This document shows, in pieces, positions 26,221-36,311 of a stretch of DNA of 64,000 nucleotides (positions within the stretch are counted from its first letter, which is position 1; every line of letters begins with the position of its first letter). Below the pieces are notes generated by a model, which worked only from the letters and a program-made list of their open reading frames with translations, had not been told where the DNA came from and ran no database searches. Origin of the DNA: Candidatus Latescibacterota bacterium (GTDB lineage: Bacteria > Latescibacterota > UBA2968 > UBA8231). Made by a program: the position numbers and the translations under genes. The DNA lies in contig OZ244561.1 of the NCBI GenBank assembly GCA_965217585.1, positions 5,888,001 through 5,952,000 of the forward strand, written 5' to 3'.

Positions 26221-26280
26221 GATGCTGATATTCGCTTGAGAGGTACTCTACTACAACCCTAGTAGATTAAGAGAAACGAA

Positions 26281-27246
26281 ATGGCAAAAAAGAAAGTTCG
26301 CGTTGGCCTAATCGGCTGTGGCGGCAACATGCGTGGTGCCCACATTCCCCGGCTAAAAGCCGATGGCCGCGTAGAGCTGGTGGCGGTCGCCGATCCTGAG
26401 GAAGCATCGGCGCGGCAGTTGCTGGAAGTATGGGGAGCTGAGGCCGCATATTACGCCGACTACCGGCAGATGATTGGCGCAGACGCGCTCGACGCCGTGC
26501 TGATTTCTTCACCGCATTCGACCCACTACGAGCAGGCGCGCTACGCGCTAGAGCGGGATCTGCACGTTTTGGTCGAGAAACCCCTGACGACGAAGGCGCG
26601 TCACGCCCAAGCTCTAATTGATCTGGCTGCCGAGCGGGCGCGCGTGTTGGTCGTCAGCTATCAGCGCAATTTTTATCCGGCGTATGCGTATGCACGAGAG
26701 CTGGTGCAGAAGGGTGCCCTCGGCGAGCTCAAAGGAGTCGTCGCCTACGTGACGCAAAACTGGGGCGGCAAGGGATGGCGGATGGTGCCCGAGTTGGCAG
26801 GAGGGGGGATGTTCATGGACACCGGCAGTCACTTGGTGGCTGCGGTGCTGTGGATTACCGGCTTGACGCCGGTAAAGGTCTCGGCCTTCATGGACAAGCG
26901 GGGCAAGCGGGTGGATATGGATGCCGTGATCAATGCGCGGTTTCGCGGCGGCGCGCTGGGGTCGCTGAGTTTTATCGGCAGCGCCAGCCGACACGACGAG
27001 CGGCTGGCCATCCACGGCGACGCGGGGACGTTGGTCTTTCATCTGCACCAGTGGCAGGTGCGGGAGGTGTTGCTGAATGGGGAACCATTGGAGGTTCCCA
27101 AACGGGTGCGGGAGGACACGCCGGACGCGGCCTTTTTGCGCTGGATTCGCAACGGCGGCAAGGGCTATGAGCCGGCGGATTTTGCCGTGCAGGTAGCCAA
27201 GTTCACCGAAGCTGCGTATCGGTCGCTGGAGCAGAAGAGGCGGTGA
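26281..27246 (+). CDS. Gfo/Idh/MocA oxidoreductase
   Basis: GLIGCG, HVLVEKP, GGGMFMDTGSH. Confidence 0.92.
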   Translation: MAKKKVRVGLIGCGGNMRGAHIPRLKADGRVELVAVADPEEASARQLLEVWGAEAAYYADYRQMIGADALDAVLISSPHSTHYEQARYALERDLHVLVEKPLTTKARHAQALIDLAAERARVLVVSYQRNFYPAYAYARELVQKGALGELKGVVAYVTQNWGGKGWRMVPELAGGGMFMDTGSHLVAAVLWITGLTPVKVSAFMDKRGKRVDMDAVINARFRGGALGSLSFIGSASRHDERLAIHGDAGTLVFHLHQWQVREVLLNGEPLEVPKRVREDTPDAAFLRWIRNGGKGYEPADFAVQVAKFTEAAYRSLEQKRR

Positions 27247-28916
27247 TTGCGTACGCGCCGCTCGTCGGCGAACTCGATCAGCAGGTAGAGGGGGTTCTCA
27301 CCCGGCAAGTACTAGATCGGCAAGACGCCTATTGCGGCGGCTTTATGGACGGCGATCGGCTGGTGGGTTCACAAAGCATCAGCGCGGTCGCGTCGCTTGG
27401 CTACGCCTGTCTCCTGCCCGAGTCGCGCCACTACCGGAGCGAAGAGCTTTTACAGCGGATTCTCCTCGCCGCTGAGTTTGCCCGCCGGCATCGGAACCCG
27501 TCGGGTTGTTTCGACTTGCTGACCACCAACTTCGACTCGGCCCCGGACACCGCCTTTGTGGTGCAGGCCATCGCGCCGGTCGTATTTGCGGCGCGGCAAC
27601 AGGCTACAGATGACGAGGGAGCCACAGCAATCGCGGACGCCTTGGGTGAGTTGATACAGACCGCAGCCCCGGGCATGGTCGCCGGCGGCTTCCACACGCC
27701 CAATCACCGCTGGGTGCTAGTCGCCGTACTGGCCCAAGCCCAGGCCCTCTATCCAGAGTTAGCGGTGAGCGCGACCGTGGATGCGTACCTCGGCGAAGGC
27801 ATTGATATCAACGCCGATGGCGAGTACAGTGAACGCAGCACGGGCGTGTACAATGCGGTGGTCAACCGCGCCTTGATCCGCGCGGCGCATGTGCTTGAAC
27901 GGCCCGACTTGTTGGAGCCTGTGCGGCGCAACTTGGATTTGTCCTACCATCTCCTCCACGCCGACGCCACCGCGGTGACGAGCATTTCCAAGCGGCAGGA
28001 CCGCGACACGCGAGCCGTACCGACCGGTTTGGCCGACGGCTATCACGCTTTGGCCCATTTAGACGACAATGGCTTTTACGCGGCCGTGGCCGACCTGTTG
28101 GTCGCTCGCGGCGGCGGTTTGATCTGTCTGCCGAACTACGTCCTGCATCCCGAGTGGCGAGCGGATTGTCTCAAGCGGACGCCCTTGCCCGAGCGCTATA
28201 GCCGCGTCTATCCCGCGTCCGGTCTGTGGCGGGTGCGCCAAGGCGCGGTGAGTGCTACGGCTGCGGCGGGCCTGACCGCGCCCTTTAGCGTGGTCTGCGG
28301 GCAGGCCGAATTGGCGGCGGTGAAGCTATCATCGACCTATTTTGCCACCGGGCAATTTGTCGGTGAGGAGTTTGCCGCAGCGGGGAATGGGGTGCGGATG
28401 CAGCACAAGGGCCGCAACCACATCTACCCAGAAAAGGATTACGTGGGGGGGATTTACTGGCTGCCGATTGCCGAGCAGGTGAATGCCCAAAACTGGCAAG
28501 AGGTGCGGGGTCGGCGGGCGACGTATGAGTTGCCGCCGCTGGAAGTCGAGTTGCACGTTGAGGAGGTAGCCGGCGGATTTGACCTCCACATCCGCACCTC
28601 AGGGGGCGTTGATGGGGTACCCTTTCAGATTGAGGGAGTTTTCGCGCCAGGCGGCACTTTGGAGATGGATAGCGCGCTCGTCGAGGGCCGCGCTGGGCAC
28701 ACAGTCTTTCTCAAAGCAGGCTGCGCGCTCTACCGGGTGGGCGACGACGCCATCCGCCTTGGCCCGGGGGCCATGGAGCACACCATGTGGCGGATGCGCA
28801 ATAGCGAGATCGACGAGGGGCGTTTGCGGGTGCTCATCGCGCTGCGGACGCCGGTGACGCAGACCTTGGAAATCCGCTGTGGGCAGTGGTCGGACGCGCA
28901 GGGTGGGTTTTTATAG
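27243..28916 (+). CDS. hypothetical protein, probable alpha/alpha-toroid carbohydrate-active enzyme
   Basis: 557-aa ORF coupled to the oxidoreductase; GGFHTPNHRW and DGEYSERS..YN resemble lyase/heparinase-like folds (inference). Confidence 0.6.
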   Translation: MIAYAPLVGELDQQVEGVLTRQVLDRQDAYCGGFMDGDRLVGSQSISAVASLGYACLLPESRHYRSEELLQRILLAAEFARRHRNPSGCFDLLTTNFDSAPDTAFVVQAIAPVVFAARQQATDDEGATAIADALGELIQTAAPGMVAGGFHTPNHRWVLVAVLAQAQALYPELAVSATVDAYLGEGIDINADGEYSERSTGVYNAVVNRALIRAAHVLERPDLLEPVRRNLDLSYHLLHADATAVTSISKRQDRDTRAVPTGLADGYHALAHLDDNGFYAAVADLLVARGGGLICLPNYVLHPEWRADCLKRTPLPERYSRVYPASGLWRVRQGAVSATAAAGLTAPFSVVCGQAELAAVKLSSTYFATGQFVGEEFAAAGNGVRMQHKGRNHIYPEKDYVGGIYWLPIAEQVNAQNWQEVRGRRATYELPPLEVELHVEEVAGGFDLHIRTSGGVDGVPFQIEGVFAPGGTLEMDSALVEGRAGHTVFLKAGCALYRVGDDAIRLGPGAMEHTMWRMRNSEIDEGRLRVLIALRTPVTQTLEIRCGQWSDAQGGFL

Positions 28917-29558
28917 ACTCCCCCCGGCCCACCGCACTCCTTGCACCATCATCTGCTGCATGCCTAGACGTGCAAATGTTCCCGGACCGTGTCCCAAGGC
29001 CGTGTAAAACACCCGTCCTGCGCCGTACGGCTTGACCCACGCTAGGGGATGCTGCTTGCCGCTCCACTCGGCGGTGGCCAAAATGCGGATGGCCGGGTCC
29101 CACGCCGACATGTAAATCTCGTCTTCCACGTCAAAGTCGGGCACGCTGTGCGTAACGGGGTGATCTCTGTCGGCAATGGCGACGGTGAAGGTCAATCCCG
29201 GCGGGTGCCAGTTGGCGTGACCGCCAAGCAGATCCACGGCTTTGCCGCCAATACACCACGCAGTGCCGTGGATGCCGACCAGGCCTTTGCCACCGGCGAC
29301 AAAATCGAACAGCCCCTCTTCTTGCGCGGGCGTCAGTACGGGCACTTGCTGCACGGTGCCGTCTTCCTGCCGCTCGCCTCGCGTGAAGCCGGTGCCGTGG
29401 ACCAGCACATCGAAATCGCGCAGACCATCTGACGCCAACACGTCCTTGTCGTCGTCAAGCGCGACGGACAGATCGTCGTGCACGCTCAAAAACTCGTGGA
29501 TGACCGGGGCACTGGCCGCAAACCCATGGTTTGAGCCGGATAAAATTAGGACGTTCAT
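28911..29558 (-). CDS. ThuA-like (class I GATase-like) domain protein
   Basis: GKGLVGIH, HPVT, EDEIY, GRVFYTALGH. Confidence 0.88.
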   Translation of the reverse strand: MNVLILSGSNHGFAASAPVIHEFLSVHDDLSVALDDDKDVLASDGLRDFDVLVHGTGFTRGERQEDGTVQQVPVLTPAQEEGLFDFVAGGKGLVGIHGTAWCIGGKAVDLLGGHANWHPPGLTFTVAIADRDHPVTHSVPDFDVEDEIYMSAWDPAIRILATAEWSGKQHPLAWVKPYGAGRVFYTALGHGPGTFARLGMQQMMVQGVRWAGGSL

Positions 29559-29579
29559 TAGGATCTCCTGGGTTGGTTG

Positions 29580-29607
29580 GTAGGGGCGACCGGCCGGTCG
29601 CCCCTAC
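29580..29607. repeat. GTAG-type REP-like perfect palindrome
   Basis: Identical to 17108-17135; its CTA (29604-29606) is the TAG stop of the minus-strand dehydratase. Confidence 0.92.
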
Positions 29608-30731
29608 ACGGAATAGGACACTGAGCCGTCGGCGCGCAGGGGGGTAGAGGCGTTGTTGATGGGTTTGTAGGGCGTTTGCTCGATTAAGTTCTCATCCAGC
29701 TCCACGCCGAGGCCCGGGGCTTGGGGAATCGGGATGTAGCCGCCCTCGCGCTTATACGCGCACTGATAGACCGCGTGGTGGGGGGCTTCGTCGCCTTTGG
29801 TGTATTCTTGGGTAATAAAGTTGGGAATCGAGGCGTCGAGGTGCAGAGAGGCGGCGGTAATCAGCGGCCCCAAGAAGTTGTGGGTCACCACCGCGCAGTG
29901 GTATGCCTCACCGATGGCGGCGATTTTTTTACAGTGCGAGATACCGCCGGCCAAGGCCACATCCGGCCGCAAATACTGGGGGCCGCCCTGCTCCAACAAC
30001 TCGCGGAACTCCCATATAGACACAAAGCGCTCGCCATTGCCAAAGGGCACGGTGGATTTCTGCGCGATGTGGGCTTGGGCCGAGATGCTGTCGATCTGGA
30101 TCGGGTCTTCGAGGAAGAAGACGTGGAAGGGCTTGAGGGCCTCGGCGAGGGCTATGGAGACCATGGGCGTCAGCTTGCGGTGCAGCTCGATAATCAGGTC
30201 TAAATCCGGGCCGCCGGCTTCGCGCGCGGCCGCGGTCAGCTCGACGGCGGTTTGGATCATCCGCGCTTGGCCCTTGTCGTGGCAGTCCGTGGTGACCGGG
30301 TCGAACTTGATGGCGGTAAAGCCCTCGGCGACAGCGGTTTGAGCGGCGTTGAAGTTGGCCTCTGGGGTGCTGCCTCCAGAGAGCAGGTGCAGGCGGATCT
30401 TGTCGCGGACATTGCCGCCCAATAGCTCCCACACCGGTACCTCGAAGTGCTTGCCCTTGATGTCCCACAGCGCGATATCCACGGCCGAGACGGCTCCCAT
30501 GATGGCCGTGCCTCTGAAGGGGGCCATGCGGTAGAGGTGCTGCCAGTGGTGTTCGATGCGGAGGGGATTTTGGCCGATGAGATAGTCTTTGAAGACATCG
30601 ACGATACTCTGCACGGCCGTGGGGTAGCCCCAGCAGGCGGTTTGGCCAATGCCGGTTAGGCCGGTGTCAGTAGTGATGCGGACGACGTAGCCGTTGCCGA
30701 TCAAGAGGGATTCGATCTGTTCGATTTTCAT
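29604..30731 (-). CDS. enolase-superfamily sugar-acid dehydratase (galactonate dehydratase DgoD-like)
   Basis: SAVDIALWDIKGK, FTAIKFDP, ELH, LEDP, GER, HN, PGLG. Confidence 0.88.
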   Translation of the reverse strand: MKIEQIESLLIGNGYVVRITTDTGLTGIGQTACWGYPTAVQSIVDVFKDYLIGQNPLRIEHHWQHLYRMAPFRGTAIMGAVSAVDIALWDIKGKHFEVPVWELLGGNVRDKIRLHLLSGGSTPEANFNAAQTAVAEGFTAIKFDPVTTDCHDKGQARMIQTAVELTAAAREAGGPDLDLIIELHRKLTPMVSIALAEALKPFHVFFLEDPIQIDSISAQAHIAQKSTVPFGNGERFVSIWEFRELLEQGGPQYLRPDVALAGGISHCKKIAAIGEAYHCAVVTHNFLGPLITAASLHLDASIPNFITQEYTKGDEAPHHAVYQCAYKREGGYIPIPQAPGLGVELDENLIEQTPYKPINNASTPLRADGSVSYSV

Positions 30732-30837
30732 GTTGTGTGCTCCGTGTATATCGTAAAGGGGTAGGGTTGGTTACTAGTAGAAATAGGTAGCTTATTTATT
30801 GAAAACTGCGCGACAGCGCAAGCAAGGGGAGGGTAGT

Positions 30838-31593
30838 ATGGCACATTTGCGGTTTGCAGCACCTGTTGAGCAGCGGGTAGCCTTGATTACAGGGGGGGCG
30901 CGCGGCATCGGGGGTGCGGCCGCGTTGCGCTTGGCCGAGGCCGGGCGGCACATCGTCATTGTCGATGTGCTGGCGGAACCAGCGCAAGAGCGGGTGCGGG
31001 AGATCGAAGCCATGGGGCAGCAGGCGCTCTTTGTCGAGACGGACGTGACCGACGAGGGGCAGGTGCACGAGGCGGTGGCCCAAGCGGTAGCGGCTTTTGG
31101 GCGGCTGGATATCCTAGTGTGCAGCGCCGGTGTCTTGGGGTGGGAGAAGCCCTTTTTCGAGCAGACGGCTGAGCAGTTTGCCAAGGTTATGCAGATCAAT
31201 ATCCACGGGGTGTACTACGCGCATCAGGCGGCGGTCCCGCACATGCTTGAGCGCGGGTGGGGGCGCTGTGTGACGATTTCTTCAGGTGCGCGCAACGGCA
31301 GCCCCAATCAGGTGCCATACTCGGTGTCCAAGGGGGCGGTCTGGTCGTTTATTCAGGCCCTGGGCGACGCTTGGCCGCGACAGGGGGTGTTTGTCAACGG
31401 CGTCGAGCCAGGCCGGGCCCTGACCGACATGGTCGTGCCGCGCTTTGACGAGGCGCATCTGCGCGACCCAGGTAACGCGATAGGGCGCTACTCAGATGCG
31501 GCAGAGGTGGCCGAAGTGATTGAGTTTTTGTGCTCGGAGCGGAATACGTACACTACGGGGTCGGTGTGGAGTGTGAAGGGGGGGAAGGGGTGA
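30838..31593 (+). CDS. short-chain dehydrogenase/reductase
   Basis: TGGARGIG, YSVSK, VNGVEPG. Confidence 0.92.
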   Translation: MAHLRFAAPVEQRVALITGGARGIGGAAALRLAEAGRHIVIVDVLAEPAQERVREIEAMGQQALFVETDVTDEGQVHEAVAQAVAAFGRLDILVCSAGVLGWEKPFFEQTAEQFAKVMQINIHGVYYAHQAAVPHMLERGWGRCVTISSGARNGSPNQVPYSVSKGAVWSFIQALGDAWPRQGVFVNGVEPGRALTDMVVPRFDEAHLRDPGNAIGRYSDAAEVAEVIEFLCSERNTYTTGSVWSVKGGKG

Positions 31594-31616
31594 GATAAAA
31601 GAGAGGGAAAAAAATT

Positions 31617-33545
31617 ATGCTCGCGATTGAAGCCACTCTGCCGCTCGTACAGCCCCCGGCTTGGGCCGTGTTGGAGCGGCAGCTTTTCCAGGTCATGGAG
31701 GACGCTGTCCATCCATTCTTGGAAAAGTACACCCACCCCGACGGCCGCTTGATCTGGCGCGACGGCCTGCGCCACTCCCGCGACGGAGCCGACGATTTCT
31801 ACGAGAGCTTCTACAACTGGCCGCTGCTGTACTTGCTCGGCGGCGGCGACCATTTGCTCGCCCTTGGTCAGCGGCAGTGGGAGGCCACTACCGAGCTGAT
31901 GGTAGAGTACGGCCACGTGTACAAGGAATACGAGATCGGCTACGATCAGTTCCACCAGAGCGAGAGCTACATCTACTTCTACCTGCTGTGCATGGCCGAC
32001 CCGACCCACGCCGAAAATGTGGCGCGGGCGCGGCGCTTTGCCGGTTTCTATCTCAACGAAGACCTGGAGGCCCTCAACTACGACCCAGAGCACAAGATCA
32101 TCAAATGTGCCCACAACGGGAGCAAGGGGCCGCGCTGGCTGTACGAAGAGGATGAGGAGCCGTCGTATGGGTACAGTCCGGGGATGGCGTGCTATGGCCT
32201 GCCCTACGAGGACTTAGAGGGGATTGATGAGCCTGCCGACCTCAAGGACCCGGCGAAGGCACGGCGCATGGGGCAGGCTATGAAGGAGCGCATGACCCGA
32301 GGCGATTGCGCCACCAACCTGCACGTCACCTCGCTGATCGCCAACGCCTGCTACCTGACCGGCGACGACAAATACCGCGCTTGGCTGCTCGAATACGTGG
32401 ATGCGTGGATCGAAAGGGCCGCGGCCAATGGGGGCCTGTTGCCCGACAACGTGGGGCTGAGCGGGCAGGTCGGAGAATACATGGAGGGACGCTGGTATGG
32501 GAGCATGTACGGCTGGACGTGGCCGCACGGGTTGTACAACATCGCCATGGCGGCCATTTTGGCCGGCACCCATTGCTATGTGCTGACCGGCGAGCAAAAG
32601 TATCTCGAACTGCCCCGCACCCAGCTTAGAAAGGTGCTAGAGCAGGGGAAAATGGCCGACTTGGGCCAAATCGAGATGAGCTTGGGTGTGCACTGGATCG
32701 GCCAGCTAACCGCCCTCGGCGACGACAAGGTCAGCTTTGTGGTGCCCTATTGCTACGGGGCCAAGGGGTGGTCGGACTTCCAGCCGCTGGCGGCCATGTA
32801 TCCGGCCGCGCTGTGGAACGCGAGCGGGGCGGCGGTCGATTGGGAGATGCTCGAAGCGCTCCGCGCCAAAGAGCGCTACGACTGGCGCACAGTCGTGTCG
32901 TTCCACAACAAAGAGGACGCCTACCACGAGCCGCCGTGGTTTTGCTATCTCAAGGGCGAAAACCCCGACTACCCGGTGCAGATCCTCCAAGCTGCTCTCT
33001 CGCAGGTCTATCGGCGGATGGAGCTTATCCGCTGCGACGAGAGCGACCCTCGCGACAACCATATCCACTGGTGGCAACAGCTAAACCCAGTGACGACCGA
33101 GGCACTCATCCAACTAACCTTGGGCGCGCCGCAGCTCCTGTACAACGGCGGCATCTTGGTGGCTCCGCTGCGCTACTTTGACGCCGAGCGCAAACGCCCG
33201 GGCCTGCCAGCGGATGTGGCCGCGCTCGTCGAGACCGTGGAGCGGGATCGCCTCGTGGTGCACTTGGTGAACTTGAGTGGGATGGCTGCCCGCAAGGTGT
33301 TGCTGCAAGCCGGAACCTTGGCCGAGCATCGGTTTGGGGAAGTGGCGTACAACACTTTGCAAAGCGCGTACCCGGGCACGGTAGGAAGCTATGCCGCGCC
33401 GCCCGTGGAGCAGGTGATCAAGCGCGTTGCCGTCAATGACACGCACTTTGCGGTAGCCTTGCCGCCGGGGACTGAAATCCGCCTCGAAATCGGCTTGGCG
33501 CGGCACGCGAACGCGCCGACATACGACTTGCCAACGACTTGGTAA
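31617..33545 (+). CDS. conserved-looking hypothetical protein (probable alpha/alpha barrel enzyme)
   Basis: 642-aa ORF with strong coding bias; motifs DGADDFYESFYNWPL, YDQFHQSE, PGLPADVAALV. Confidence 0.65.
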   Translation: MLAIEATLPLVQPPAWAVLERQLFQVMEDAVHPFLEKYTHPDGRLIWRDGLRHSRDGADDFYESFYNWPLLYLLGGGDHLLALGQRQWEATTELMVEYGHVYKEYEIGYDQFHQSESYIYFYLLCMADPTHAENVARARRFAGFYLNEDLEALNYDPEHKIIKCAHNGSKGPRWLYEEDEEPSYGYSPGMACYGLPYEDLEGIDEPADLKDPAKARRMGQAMKERMTRGDCATNLHVTSLIANACYLTGDDKYRAWLLEYVDAWIERAAANGGLLPDNVGLSGQVGEYMEGRWYGSMYGWTWPHGLYNIAMAAILAGTHCYVLTGEQKYLELPRTQLRKVLEQGKMADLGQIEMSLGVHWIGQLTALGDDKVSFVVPYCYGAKGWSDFQPLAAMYPAALWNASGAAVDWEMLEALRAKERYDWRTVVSFHNKEDAYHEPPWFCYLKGENPDYPVQILQAALSQVYRRMELIRCDESDPRDNHIHWWQQLNPVTTEALIQLTLGAPQLLYNGGILVAPLRYFDAERKRPGLPADVAALVETVERDRLVVHLVNLSGMAARKVLLQAGTLAEHRFGEVAYNTLQSAYPGTVGSYAAPPVEQVIKRVAVNDTHFAVALPPGTEIRLEIGLARHANAPTYDLPTTW

Positions 33546-33631
33546 GGACGCGGGTACCTACCAACCTATAATCGACGGATGTTACGCACCTCCGATGATG
33601 CGTACCGTCATGCATTGAATTAGGAGAGAAT

Positions 33632-34600
33632 ATGGATTATGTGCGATTGGGCCGGGCCGGGGTCAAGGTCTCGCGGCTGTGCTTGGGCACGGCCTTTCGG
33701 GGATACTGGCATGGGCAGACCGATGAGGCGACTGCTGTGCGCACGGTCGAGACGGCCATTGATCTAGGGTGCAATTTTATCGACTGCGCCAACTACTACT
33801 TTCAGGGCCGTTGCGAGGAGCTGTTGGGCAAGGCCATCAAGGGCAAGCGCGACGATTTGGTGATCACCACCAAGGTCTGGAGCCAAATAGGCGACGGCCC
33901 CAACGATCGCGGCTTGTCGCGCTTTGCCATCATGCGCGAGATCGAGCGGTCGCTGAAGCGCTTGGCCACGGATTACGTGGATATCTACTTGCTGCATAAC
34001 TGGGATCCAGACACCGAACTCGACGAGACGCTAAGGGCGTTTGACGACTTGGTGCGGCAGGGCAAGATGCGCTATGTGGGGGCCTGCAATTTTACCGCCG
34101 TCCAAGTGGTGGAGGCGCTGTGGGCGGCCGATCGCGGGGGAATAGACCCGCTGTTCACTTTGCAAAACCAGTACAACCTGTTGCAGCGCTGGGAAGTAGA
34201 GCCGGAGCTGTTGCCTTTGTGTCAGCAGTACGGCCTTGGCATGATGACCTACAGTCCGCTGGCCGTCGGCCTGTTGAGCGGGCGGTTTAGGCGGGGACAC
34301 AAGCCGCCGGTGGATAGCGCTTGGCAGGACGATGCGCGGTTTGCCGAGGCCATGAACGAAAAATGCGACCGGATTGTGCAAAAGCTGATCGAGATCGGCG
34401 CAGCACAGGACAAGACCCCGGCGCAGGTTGCCGTCGCTTGGATATTGGCCAACGAGGATGTTACCGCGCCGATCATCGGCCCGGACCGGCCCGAACACGT
34501 GGAGGAAGTTGTTGGGGCACTGGAAGTGGAGCTAGGGGCCGAAGAATTAGCCGCCTTGGACGCCCTCTCTCAGTGGACGCCCTTGGAGCGCACGCATTAG
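33632..34600 (+). CDS. aldo/keto reductase
   Basis: VSRLCLGT, DCANYY, SLKRLATDYVDIY, YSPLA. Confidence 0.93.
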   Translation: MDYVRLGRAGVKVSRLCLGTAFRGYWHGQTDEATAVRTVETAIDLGCNFIDCANYYFQGRCEELLGKAIKGKRDDLVITTKVWSQIGDGPNDRGLSRFAIMREIERSLKRLATDYVDIYLLHNWDPDTELDETLRAFDDLVRQGKMRYVGACNFTAVQVVEALWAADRGGIDPLFTLQNQYNLLQRWEVEPELLPLCQQYGLGMMTYSPLAVGLLSGRFRRGHKPPVDSAWQDDARFAEAMNEKCDRIVQKLIEIGAAQDKTPAQVAVAWILANEDVTAPIIGPDRPEHVEEVVGALEVELGAEELAALDALSQWTPLERTH

Positions 34601-34744
34601 CTGCTGCGGCCGGCTCAGCGACAGGTTCTACTTCCGCCGGTCCCATTTCTGGCCGCCTTGCTCACCAAATAGAAAACCGGCACCCTAAATGTCAGAGATG
34701 TACTTTTTATCGAGAGTTCGCGCACGGCAGACTGCTAAAAACGC

Positions 34745-34779
34745 AAAAAAGGGTTCAACGACCCGAAGCCGTCGAACCC
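34745..34779 (-). terminator. intrinsic terminator (minus strand)
   Basis: Minus strand GGGTTCGACGGC-TTCGG-GTCGTTGAACCC followed by TTTTTT. Confidence 0.8.
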
Positions 34780-34808
34780 CTTCGACCAAAAGGCGGTGCT
34801 GTGCAGCG

Positions 34809-35090
34809 CTACAGTTTGCGCAGGCGGATGGAGCCCCCCGAAGTGGACACCGACGCCGTACCGGAGCAGCTTTTTAGAGAGATGGACCCACCCGAAGTTT
34901 TGCCCTCGATCGGTCCTTCGATGTGGCCAAAGCTCAGACTGCCGCCCGAAGTCCGGGCTGAGACGCGGCCCTGAAGATCGCCTACCTCAATGCCACCGCC
35001 GGAGGTGCTCAGTTCCAAATCGTGCTGGCGCGGCACCGTGAGGCGGAACAGGGGGGCGCGTCCCTTCGCAAGGCCGAAGAAGTAATACTC
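34809..35090 (-). pseudogene. remnant of a DUF4097/adhesin-like beta-repeat protein
   Basis: FRLTVPRQHDLELSTSGGGI then three more TSGGS repeats; no upstream start or signal peptide; early TAG. Confidence 0.7.
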
Positions 35091-35176
35091 CCGATTGGGA
35101 ACAAGTCTGTCGTTTCTATATTTTAAATGGAATACCGCTCGGCAATTTCAACCCAATATCACCGGAAGGCTTTTTC

Positions 35177-35476
35177 ATGCCCGCAGTGCAAGACATTCTA
35201 GTATTTTTTCAGACCACGCCCGCGCTCGACGCCCAAGTCGTCGCTTGGGCACGCTACGAAGCCTCCAAGGGCACGGGCCTAGGCGACTTGGTCGAGGAGA
35301 GCGATCCTCCCTACCAGAATGCCATGGCGGCCATGCGCGACGGCTGGCAAGTCATCCAGATGTCGGAACTCAAACATCGCTTGCCCCAAGAGGGCTATGA
35401 ACTGGGGCCGCTGCCCTACCAGATCGTGCTGGCGAAATTCAACGAGCTGCAAAAAGAGGAAGGAGCCACATCGTGA
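35177..35476 (+). CDS. small hypothetical protein coupled to a PhyH dioxygenase
   Basis: 99 aa, GTGA overlap with the next gene, PYQNAMAAMRDGWQVIQ motif. Confidence 0.7.
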   Translation: MPAVQDILVFFQTTPALDAQVVAWARYEASKGTGLGDLVEESDPPYQNAMAAMRDGWQVIQMSELKHRLPQEGYELGPLPYQIVLAKFNELQKEEGATS

Positions 35477-36282
35477 AAGAGCATCTTTTGAACTCGAAGC
35501 AGATGGCGCAATTCGTTGCCTCGGGGTATTTGAAGTTCGAAGAAATGGTGCCCCAAGATCTGTGCCGAGCCTGCCTTGAGGAAATGCACCACAACCAGGG
35601 CTATCTCGCCGTGGGTACCCCCTTTGAGGAGACTTGGCCCAAAGGCACGGCTTTGGGCGATGCGTTCCGCCTGCCGCAGGTGCAGGGACTCATCCACTCC
35701 TTGGTCGGCCCCGATCCCCTGTACGACCACCACGGCGTGCACTTGACCAAGGCCGAACAAACCAAGGGGCCCAATATGCACCAAGACTCGGTCATCGACT
35801 TCCGCGACCATTACTTCGATATCCAGCTATCGCTGTTCCCCGCGGATACAACAGACGAGATGGGCGGTACTTTCTTGGTGCCGGGAACGCAATTCCGCAA
35901 TGTGCGCACCGGGGAGATCTCCATTTACCACCACATGCGCGGCAAGATCTGGGCGACCTGCCCGGCGGGGACGATGTACGTGTGGAACACCCGCGTCTGG
36001 CACGGGGCGCGCAGCAACTACACGGATCGGGATCGCTTCATGTACAAGTTGCGGCTCAACCCGACGCAGCCGCAGGTCTGCAACTTTAACACCGCGGATC
36101 TGGACGACCCTGAGATCGGTCGCATCCTGTCGACCAACCACGGCTGGGAGGGCAACGAGCATCGCTACGAACTGATGCAGCGCGTGCGCTTGTGGCGCTT
36201 TGTCTCCGACCAGCCAAACTACGATGTGGGCGAGCGCTTTATGCGGCGCATTGAGTACCAGCCCGGCGAGGCGGCAGGCTAG
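35473..36282 (+). CDS. PhyH-family Fe(II)/2-oxoglutarate dioxygenase
   Basis: HQD...GGT..VPGT...WHG facial triad. Confidence 0.85.
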   Translation: MKEHLLNSKQMAQFVASGYLKFEEMVPQDLCRACLEEMHHNQGYLAVGTPFEETWPKGTALGDAFRLPQVQGLIHSLVGPDPLYDHHGVHLTKAEQTKGPNMHQDSVIDFRDHYFDIQLSLFPADTTDEMGGTFLVPGTQFRNVRTGEISIYHHMRGKIWATCPAGTMYVWNTRVWHGARSNYTDRDRFMYKLRLNPTQPQVCNFNTADLDDPEIGRILSTNHGWEGNEHRYELMQRVRLWRFVSDQPNYDVGERFMRRIEYQPGEAAG

Positions 36283-36311
36283 ATGCCGAGGATTCTTTTT
36301 TTTCCAAAGAC

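Noticed and set aside
33574-33609. Intergenic hairpin GACGG..TACGCA/TGCGTA-CCGTC before the aldo/keto reductase
   Set aside because: Single imperfect stem with no T-tract and no recognisable riboswitch motif
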